A stretch of DNA of 64,000 bases from Eledone cirrhosa. Taxonomy: Eukaryota. The number at the start of each line of letters is the position of its first letter. The first letter of the stretch is position 1. The stretch is from positions 14,384,001-14,448,000 of the forward strand of contig OZ024748.1 in NCBI GenBank assembly GCA_964016885.1, given 5' to 3'. The notes below the pieces were generated by a model. That model worked only from the letters and a program-made list of their open reading frames with translations. It was not told the origin of the DNA and made no database searches. Below are positions 53,909 through 64,000 of the stretch, piece by piece. The position numbers and the translations under genes were made by a program.

Positions 53909-55808
53909 AGACATATACTGTGTCTTTTATTAGAAATATGGTAATGAAAGGGTTAAAGACATAGACAGTGTCTTTCATTAGAAATATAGTAATGAAAGGG
54001 TTAAAGACATAGACAGTGTCTTTCATTAGAAATATGGTAATGAAAGGGTTAAAGACATAGACAGTGTCTTTCATTAGAAATATGGTAATGAAAGGGTTAA
54101 AGACATAGACAGTGTCTTTCATTAGAAATATGGTAATGAAAGGGTTAAAGACATAGACAGTGTCTTTCATTAGAAATATGGTAATGAAAGGGTTAAAGAC
54201 ATAGACAGTGTCTTTCATTAGAAATATGGTAATGAAAGGATTAAAGACATAGACAGTGTCTTTCATTAGAAATATAGTAATGAAAGGGTTAAAGACATAG
54301 ACAGTGTTTTTCATTAGAAAAATGGTAATGAAAGGGTTAAAGACATAGACAGTGTCTTTCATTAGAAATATGGTAATGAAAGGGTTAAAGACATAGACAG
54401 TGTCTTTCATTAGAAATATGGTAATGAAAGGGTTAAAGACATAGACAGTGTCTTTCATTAGAAATATGGTAATGAAAGGGTTAAAGACATAGACAGTGTC
54501 TTTCATTAGAAATATGGTAATGAAAGGGTTAAAGACATAGACAGTGTCTTTCATTAGAAATATGGTAATGAAAGGGTTAAAGACATAGACAGTGTCTTTC
54601 ATTAGAAATATGGTAATGAAAGGGTTAAAGACATAGACAGTGTCTTTCATTAGAAATATGGTAATGAAAGGGTTAAAGACATAGACAGTGTCTTTCATTA
54701 GAAATATGGTAATGAAAGGGTTAAAGACATAGACTGTGTCTTTCATTAGAAATATAGTAATGAAAGGGTTAAAGACATAGACAGTGTCTTTCATTAGAAA
54801 TATGGTAATGAAAGGGTTAAAGACATAGACAGTGTCTTTCATTAGAAATATGGTAATGAAAGGGTTAAAGACATAGACAGTGTCTTTCATTAGAAATATG
54901 GTAATGAAAGGGTTAAAGACATAGACAGTGTCTTTCATTAGAAATATGGTAATGAAAGGGTTAAAGACATAGACAGTGTCTTTCATTAGAAAAATGGTAA
55001 TGAAAGGGTTAAAGACATAGACAGTGTCTTTCATTAGAAATATGGTAATGAAAGGGTTAAAGACATAGACAGTGTCTTTCATTAGAAATATGGTAATGAA
55101 AGGGTTAAAGACATAGACTGTGTCTTTCATTAGAAATATAGTAATGAAAGGGTTAAAGACATAGACAGTGTCTTTCATTAGAAATATGGTAATGAAAGGG
55201 TTAAAGACATAGACAGTGTCTTTCATTAGAAATATGGTAATGAAAGGGTTAAAGACATAGACAGTGTCTTTCATTAGAAATATGGTAATGAAAGGGTTAA
55301 AGACATAGACAGTGTCTTTCATTAGAAATATGGTAATGAAAGGGTTAAAGACATAGACAGTGTCTTTCATTAGAAATATGGTAATGAAAGGGTTAAAGAC
55401 ATAGACAGTGTCTTTCATTAGAAATATGGTAATGAAAGGGTTAAAGACATAGACAGTGTCTTTCATTAGAAATATGGTAATGAAAGGGTTAAAGACATAG
55501 ACTGTGTCTTTCATTAGAAATATAGTAATGAAAGGGTTAAAGACATAGACAGTGTCTTTCATTAGAAATATGGTAATGAAAGGGTTAAAGACATAGACAG
55601 TGTCTTTCATTAGAAATATGGTAATGAAAGGGTTAAAGACATAGACAGTGTCTTTCATTAGAAATATGGTAATGAAAGGGTTAAAGACATAGACAGTGTC
55701 TTTCATTAGAAATATGGTAATGAAAGGGTTAAAGACATAGACAGTGTCTTTCATTAGAAATATGGTAATGAAAGGGTTAAAGACATAGACAGTGTCTTTC
55801 ATTAGAAA
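53909..55808. repeat. 48-bp tandem satellite, 39 full units plus a 28-bp partial unit
   Basis: Unit agacatagacagtgtctttcattagaaatatggtaatgaaagggttaa; nearly identical copies. Confidence 0.98.
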
Positions 55809-56581
55809 AAATACTATTAATAATTTCTTTATAAGTAGGATTAGCACAATCCCATGACTGCACTAGGACTTGATGAACACAACCACAAGGATATGGTCTG
55901 AACGTGGAAGAGCCAAACTCCCACTGTCATCACCTCCATCTATCTCACTCTCCCCATATGGTGAGCAAATGGGACCCCACGTGCTGGCAGAATGGTTAGT
56001 ATTATTACTAGTGGAGAGAAAGTTGTGAAAATGTTCAGTATTAGTGTAAAGTTTTATATTTAATATTACACTGTCATAATACTATTTTGTACATTTAAAG
56101 AATGTCTTGCAAATGTGGTTTCCTAATTCATATGTTTATAGTATCATTATGAGAGTGAAATCTTAAATTTGTAATGTAATACCATTTTATATTTTTCAAG
56201 CAGTCATGTGTGGTTTAGGATTTTAAGACTTAATTAACATATAAACCTTGCACTTTATAAAACTGTTTCTGTATAATCGCTACAGTTATTTTTTTTTATG
56301 AAAAAATAAAAGTAATAGATAAATAAAAAAAGAACAATTTAAAAAATAAAAATAAAATATACAAACAAAAATTGGTAATTAAATTACCAAATTACCAAAG
56401 AATGCATTCATAAACGTTCATGCATAATTAACATTTAATTGTTGTACAATAATTAATTATAATACTATCTATTTACACAAACAAGATCTTTCTTCACAAC
56501 AGTATCTCTATTGTTACTATAACAATTATAAAATAGTTATCAATCAAACATCTCCCAACATATGGGATAATATATTTCAAT

Positions 56582-56638
<57 letters not shown>

Positions 56639-56639
56639 A

Positions 56640-56858
56640 CAGGGTGTTCCCAAAAACCTTATACACACTTTTATTAGAATATTAGAATGCTGTTGAATTG
56701 TGTATACATTTTTGGGGGACAACCCATATGTATGTATGTAAGCATATATATATATATATATGTGTGTGTACAGGGTGTTCCCAAAAACCTCATACACACT
56801 TTTATTAGAATATTAGAATGCTGTTGAAGTGTGTATACATTTTTGGGGGACAACCCAT
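56640..56858. mobile_element. Tandem pair of ~88-bp Tc1-like mini-MITEs
   Basis: CAGGGTGTTCCCAAAAA ... TTTTTGGGGGACAACCC, twice, 131 bp apart. Confidence 0.75.
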
Positions 56859-58215
56859 ATGTATGTATGTAATCATATATATATATATATATATATATAG
56901 GTATGCAATTTACCATTACCATCGTGCAGTCGTCTCCATTACAGAAACATATTGTGTGCACTTTGATGTATAGTTTTGTGTGTTTCCACATTTAAATCTT
57001 ATGTCTCAATGAGTGAGTAATGAACCGGTCAGGGCTATATAGATTCCTCTTGCGATGGCTTTGTCAACAAATTCATTTATATATATATAGAGAGAAAACA
57101 TGAAAGGCAATGTCATTATGAGTTGAACTCAGAAAGAAAAGAATTGGAATAAATACCCCAAACACTCTATTTAATATCTTGTATAGAAGACAACAACAAC
57201 AAAAAGTTTTTAAAGACATTTCGTCTGCTAAAGCAAAGCTCAGCTTTACATGCCAAGCTGCATGACAAGTTTCTTTACTCATCATAGATATCCTTTTGGA
57301 GGTAATGATTTACAGTGGGATGCCCTTCTTTGCACCAACATTTACACTATGTTCAGTGTTGTGCTAGATTATTAAACCCTAATTATTGAAGTTTCAGAAA
57401 AACTCATCAAAGAGAAATAGGTTAATCAACTGCATGATAGGAGAGTCACCCCCTATCATTAACATAATGGAGTAACCTCCTATGTGGTACAAAATTGTAG
57501 GAAGCCTGCTAAACCTGTGTAGGTGTGAGCTGTAAAATACATGACAGAACTAGTTCTATTATGGAAACACCCGAGAAACCTGCTATGATATGTAACCTCT
57601 TAGGAAGCCATCTAAACCTGCATAGGTGTAAACTACATGCACGTGTGTGTGTTGTAAGATTGCGGGGCCTATCAGCAAAAGACTCAAAATACCTCCTAAG
57701 AGATAAAACTTCGTTGGATGACAACAAAAACTACATAAGTGTGAGCTGTAAGTTTCATTGTAATTTTTTTTGTCACTTGGATCATCATCATCATCATCAT
57801 TTTACGTCCGCTTTTCCCTGCTTGCAAGAGTGGGATGGGTCCTATTCAGTACAGCATCTCTCCACTTGTCACGGTCCTTCGTCACATCCGCCGTGAGCTT
57901 CAGCAATCTGAGGTCTGCTCTCACCACCTCCGCCCATGTTTTTCGTTGTCTTCCTCTACTGCGTCTTCCTTCTACTGGGAATTAGTTTATAGGGAGATTT
58001 AAATTTAAAGTTTGTCTTACTGATTTTGCCTGAAGGTCTTATTAAGATTACATGTTTTAGTGGAGTACTCAGCCACATGCTAATTCAATACACAGTTAGT
58101 CTGATGGATCAACCAGCTGGATATTTCTTGTCAACACCAGTGGAGATCTATTTATTATAGATAGATACCATTAGTATATCTGGATATATTGACGAATTAA
58201 CTGTTTATCAATATA

Positions 58216-58427
58216 TGAGGGAGTGCTGAAACGTTCCTGGCTTTTGGCAAAAGAAAATACAGGAGGATCAGTTAATTATGATTTTATTCAACATATCCCT
58301 CTCAGATTCACACACTTATTGCAGCAGAACTTCAGTTTTTTTTTAAGCTTTTAAAAAGAACTTGGAAAGTTCTGCAACCAGGCCTGTGTAGCATTGATCA
58401 AGCCAGGAACTTTTTGACTGCCCCTCA
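58216..58427. mobile_element. Mariner-like MITE
   Basis: TA-TGAGGGAGTGCTGAAACGTTCCTGGCTT ... AAGCCAGGAACTTTTTGACTGCCCCTCA-TA. Confidence 0.85.
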
Positions 58428-59935
58428 TAGAATGAACATCTGTTGGTTTTGTAGATGAATGTTCCAGTTGTTTGATCAACAGAATGGCTTGCTCGTGAAA
58501 TTTACATGGAAATGACTGAGCCATTCCACAGACGTCTATTCTTAACAAAACTGTTAGGGAGATTCTACAGGACAGAGTGTGAGACAAGGCCGGCTCTTTG
58601 AATCAGAGGTTCAGTCCATCTGATACACTTTGAAACAGTTTCTATCTAATTTCACTCACAAAACATTGCTTGATATGAAGCTATGGTAAGTGGTATTTGC
58701 CCATGATGCTAACAGTGAGATAAAACTTGAGACCTGATGATTGCAAAGCAAACTTTTTAATCATTCATGCAGTATCCATATTTTGTTAGCTTAGTGTCAT
58801 AAGAAATGTAATGAATATTTTCTCTACTTAATGCTTTTAGCTTGGCTCCTGAAACAATCCAAACTTTATTTAACCCTTTTGGTGCCAAAATACATGAAAC
58901 TGGTCATAAAACTGTCCATTTTATAGTCTTTATATTTATTTAAAATGGCTTCGAATATAATTTTATATAAGAATGCTTGTTATGGTCCAACGAGAAATTA
59001 TTTGAAAACTACAGGTAAAGTAATTCCTTAGATTATAGTAAGAAAACCATTAAAGAATGATTTGAAATAGATAGAATAAAACAGGAGTCTATAACTTTGA
59101 TCCCTTTGAAAAGATATTTAATTTTGTTAACTGTTCTGAGTTCAAACTATATGAAATTACCCCTGGTTATACAATACAAAACTGTTTAATTTAAAGTGTT
59201 TATATATCTAAAAACTTTCCATTATAATTTTACATAAGAACCCTTGTTAAGTTATACTCCGAACACCAGTTTGAAAATGATGAAGTTAGTTATTTTACTA
59301 AATTCTAGATTAAAGGATTAAGAGAGAGAAAACAAAAATAGATTTAAAGAATGAAGATTTAGTAGTGGCATGCTTTTAATGTTAATTTCAAGAAAAAGAT
59401 TGTCTTACACCAAAAAAAAAAGGAAGATTAAATTATTAATTAAAATAAAAATAATAATGATAATAATTATAATAGAAATAGAACATTTAATTGAAAGAGA
59501 AGTTAGGATATTGATGTTGTCAACAAGGAGAGGGGGTAAGATATTATTTAGCATCCATTGTTTTTAATGGTGTTTCCAAAAACAACTGCAGAAGGAAATA
59601 TCAGAATTATAAGCAGAGAAGATATTAAAGGAAAGACTAGGAAATTATTTGGAAACTGGTTAAGAACTGCAGAATATATTTTGACAACATTAGACTTACA
59701 ATAACAATTGCAGGATAAATTGGTACCTATTAATTAAAAAAAAAAGAAATAACAAAAATGGTACAATTTGCATTAATAATGATGTCTTCGAGATGAATGG
59801 AATGAAATAGTACAGCCCACACCTATGTAGGTTTAGCTGGCATCCTATAAACTTTCATCTCATGTAAGCTTTCTTTAGTGTTTCAATGATAGGGGCCCCC
59901 AATTCTATCACACTTAAACACACACAAACAACAAC

Positions 59936-60007
<72 letters not shown>

Positions 60008-60897
60008 GTTGTTCTTTTATCAGCTCACACCCATGTAACTTTTGCTGGCCTCCTACAAGTTAACACCATCTCTGGTGTTCTAATAATAGGGGCCCCCAGA
60101 CCTATCAGGCAGAGACTCCCAGATGGCTATGTGCTGCCATTTTATGAATTGGGACTACTTGCTACTTTAAAATTATAATGTCTTCCAGGTAAGAATCTTA
60201 TTGAATATCATAATAAATTATCAACTTAGTAAGTTACATTTGTCCTAAAGATAATCCTTATGGATGTATATTTTTAAATTACTACCAAATTTTTTTAATT
60301 TGATTTTGTGTAATATAAACTACTTTTAGTAATTTTCTATTACCTTGTTCATTGTCTGTGGCTGGTGTAAAGGTATAATCATAAGGTCAGGGGATCAATT
60401 CCTAGACTGTGCAGTGTGTTGTATTCTCGAGTAAAACATTAAATTTTCATGTTGATTTTCATTATAGAATTGAGGCACCTATTATTAAAATGCTAAGGAA
60501 AACTGCTGAGATGCAACTTGTATGTGACTAGTTTAATCTGCACAGGAATCAACTTCATCTGACTAATTTATTTATAGTAATAAATACAAATGTTTTCTCG
60601 AAAATTACTAACATTTTTATTTAAAACTGATTTACTTTTATTATTTCTTACCAAACTTTGGACGTTGACCAACTAGCAAAAAACTATGAAATAACTTTAT
60701 GCTTTTAATTCACATCCATGTTTGTATTGAACATAAACGACCTTAAATGTAAAAAAGAAACGTTTTTAAATTATCATAGGTAGTGTATAGAGTCACTAGT
60801 AGCTTTGAGATAAGTTTCATTTGATGTTTAACATATATAAATAAAATATATCATGAATAGTGTCAGCCAAATAGTTTATTATATATATGTATATATG

Positions 60898-60928
<31 letters not shown>

Positions 60929-60963
60929 GCATGCATGTATGTATGTCTATATATATGTATGTA

Positions 60964-61007
<44 letters not shown>

Positions 61008-61019
61008 CATGTATGTATG

Positions 61020-61067
<48 letters not shown>

Positions 61068-61264
61068 CACCCATTCTAAGAATCCCATTAGATAAATGAT
61101 AGAATGAAATAGTTGTTTTGCTAAAAACCCATAAATTATGCAATATTTGTTGCTGTGCAAAGATATTTTTGATGATAAATTTCAATGGAAAGTTATTTTA
61201 GTCATTTAAAAGCACACGCAAAAACAGTTATATTCAGTTTACACTTATTTGCTAGTATTAGTGA

Positions 61265-61629
61265 CCATCAACTGGTATGAGGAATTGAACCCAATATCTT
61301 CCATATGGAAGATATGGGGTTTCAATTCCTCATACCAGTTGATGGCAAATTCTTTTTCAGTCTTTAAAGGTTCTTGACCCTATTTTATAAGGTATCTTTA
61401 TAGCATTTCTGTGCTTGAGCACTTTGTTTATACTTATATATATATTCATATATATATATTTTTGTAAGACTTTAGTGTATGCACACTCCATATTCTTCAG
61501 AGTTTCCGGCTTGTATCTGCCGATATTACTTCTTGTTGTTTTGATTGCCCTGATGAGTCCTTAATAGGACGAAACATTGTCGGCTAATAAAAACTTTTGA
61601 TGTATTAAAGGATTCTTTGTTTTACTCTC

Positions 61630-61630
<1 letters not shown>
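61265..61630 (+). mobile_element. Two pLTR-like fragments: palindrome 61265-61345 with GAGCACT tail, and the hammerhead-bearing fragment at 61480-61630
   Basis: 40-bp arms; both fragments end in (TA)n. Confidence 0.55.
61544..61588 (+). ncRNA. Minimal type-I hammerhead ribozyme
   Basis: attgcc-CUGAUGA-GUCC ttaata GGAC-GAAA-c att g-UC^ggctaat. Canonical GUC site; AATAAA at 61586. Confidence 0.82.
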
Positions 61631-61679
<49 letters not shown>

Positions 61680-62558
61680 GGTGTATCTATGTATGTAAGC
61701 ATGCATGTGTGTATGAATGAAAGATAAGTGAAGTGAAATAATAGAGATACAGATGAGGAATGATCTCTAGTGGTCGACTGGTACAATTTTTCCCTGGGCA
61801 CCCATAGGATAAAAGGCAAGGTTGATCTTGGCAGGATTTGAACTCTGAGTGCAGAGAGCTGGGCTGAATACTGCAAAAATATCTATCCAACATTCTAATA
61901 GTTACCACTTCAGCTATATATATATATATATATTTAATAAGACCATCTTCAGCTAAGGACTCAACACTTGGGAAATTAGAACATATGTATTGTAATAGTT
62001 AGTGTCCACCAACAAAAAGGCATTAGCTCAGCCATCAGGCACAAACTATTTACAATATACACATATATATATATATAAAGCTGAAGCATATAGATTATAT
62101 GCCCTCACCCCCTCTCACTGCAAAGAGGTCGTGGAGGTGCCATGGCAAAAAAGCACCCAGCCCAAACTGTAAAATGTTTGTGTAGGTTCGACAGAAAAAA
62201 AGCACCCAGCACTCACTGTAAATGAGGTTGGTCTTAGGAAGGGCATCCAGCTGTAGAAATCAAGCCAAAATCAAGCCCAAACCGTATGAGCAAGACAAGG
62301 TCGACCGACCGGACACTGCCCACAACAGGACAACCCGTCTACCCCATGCTAGCGTGGAAGAATGGACATAAAACGGTGATGATGATGATGATGATATATA
62401 TATAAAATACTCAAGAAAACTGTTGAAATGCAACCATGTAAGAGACTAGCTAAACCTGCATAGGAGTAAGCTGTTAATTATATTTTCTATGGGATGTATT
62501 ATTAAAAAAGGGAATACAGACTTATAAAAGAACCACAGATTTCAAGATCTTAATACTG

Positions 62559-62715
<157 letters not shown>

Positions 62716-63536
62716 TTAATTGCATAATAGCAATGTTAAGTAACATATTATTATGTAATTAATAAATATATAGCATATTTTGCTTTTTATAGAATTCTCT
62801 CATCACTTGTTAATTATTATGCTATGTATACACACACAGACACAAACGTGTATGTATATAGAGATAGATAGATATATATATATATAATAATATATATCTT
62901 TATATATATATATATAAATATATTCTATGAGGTATTTTAATCAAGTATATTTGATAGAATATTTAAGGGATAACTTTCACACTCTCATAAATACTTCTAA
63001 CTCTTTTAGCAGAAACATAATTTCAGAAAAGAAAAAAAAAGACCCCAAAGCAGTAATGTACAAATGAGCATAATTGTGAAGTGATTTCAGCAAAATATAG
63101 ATGACTGCACTCACTTGTTGCAAGATATTGCATAAAACTCTGATATTAGAGTTTGCTTTACTTCAAAGTAAAAACACCTGATGTTTACATATCCCAAATA
63201 TATTGATTAATTTGCATAAAATTGAGGCTTTATGCATCATTAACTTATTTTATGCTTATGGCTGTTAAACTTTATGTTTACCTTTAAGAACATATAAGTG
63301 GATATGTTGTGGATATATGAGATATACGGGTGAGTACAGATTATATAGATATGTAGATGATGGGTAATAGTGCTAGGATGGTATACATTAAATAATACTG
63401 TTGTGCAATATGTATATGTGTGTATACACACTCACACACACACATATATATATACATGCACACATATATGTTTGCATGTGTGTGCATCTGTACGTGGTAT
63501 GTAATAAAATATATAGTACGCATGCATATATGTGGC

Positions 63537-63578
<42 letters not shown>

Positions 63579-63917
63579 AACATCATGCACACACTTGCAT
63601 ATATGCATGCATATATGTGCATGATGTGTACTATATATTGTGTTATATACCATGTAGAAATACATACCTCACCAATAACTAAGTTTCTCTGATCTTTTTT
63701 AAGTAGAATGGTAATACAGCTATGAACATCTCTGTTATCTCTCAAGTTAATATAATTAAATATATATATATGCATATATATACCGACACATTCACTCACA
63801 CACACATATATATATATATATTATAAATTCTGGCATTATTATTACAATATGACCCTCCCCAAGTATAACAATATTTGTTTCGACACACGATTTCATATCA
63901 CAAACCTCGCAAAACAA

Positions 63918-63948
<31 letters not shown>

Positions 63949-64000
63949 GCACAAAGACACACACATCCACATATATATATATTCATGGAATTAGATAGAC

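Noticed and set aside
53909-55808. CRISPR-like array
   Set aside because: No unique spacers, no cas genes, eukaryotic context.
53901-55847. 648-aa ORF (MKDTVYVFNPFITIFL)n
   Set aside because: A by-product of a stop-free 48-bp tandem unit derived from a transposon end; it lies in an intron with no coding signature.
63111-63177. Possible upstream THSD7 exon (gtgagt donor)
   Set aside because: No TSP1-like sequence and the open frame ends in the wrong phase; the next exon is probably outside the window.

Overview
AT-rich, microsatellite-dense eukaryotic genomic DNA. The SINE/MITE complement and (TA)n load suggest a coleoid cephalopod, probably Octopus (inference). The window holds the 3' part of one minus-strand gene, a THSD7A/THSD7B-like thrombospondin type-1 repeat membrane protein. 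I traced 12 GT-AG exons by hand (51238 down to 14525). All phases are compatible and they give about 621 uninterrupted codons: TSP1 repeats, a Cys-rich module, a TM helix and part of the cytoplasmic tail. Upstream exons lie beyond the window and the terminal exon is uncertain. Almost all ORF-track entries are microsatellite or satellite artefacts. Introns are packed with tRNA-derived SINEs, LINE 3' ends and MITEs. The main unexplained signal is a dispersed set of short elements inserted in (TA)n tracts that carry minimal type-I hammerhead ribozymes: six intact or near-intact cores plus several decayed ones. They have palindromic stem III, usually a downstream AATAAA, and often a long fold-back hairpin, resembling Penelope-like retroelement pLTRs or retrozymes. 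Other notable items: tandemly duplicated splice acceptors that form AG|GT recursive-splice-like junctions, and a 39-copy 48-bp satellite built from a piggyBac-type transposon end with a 384-bp higher-order period.
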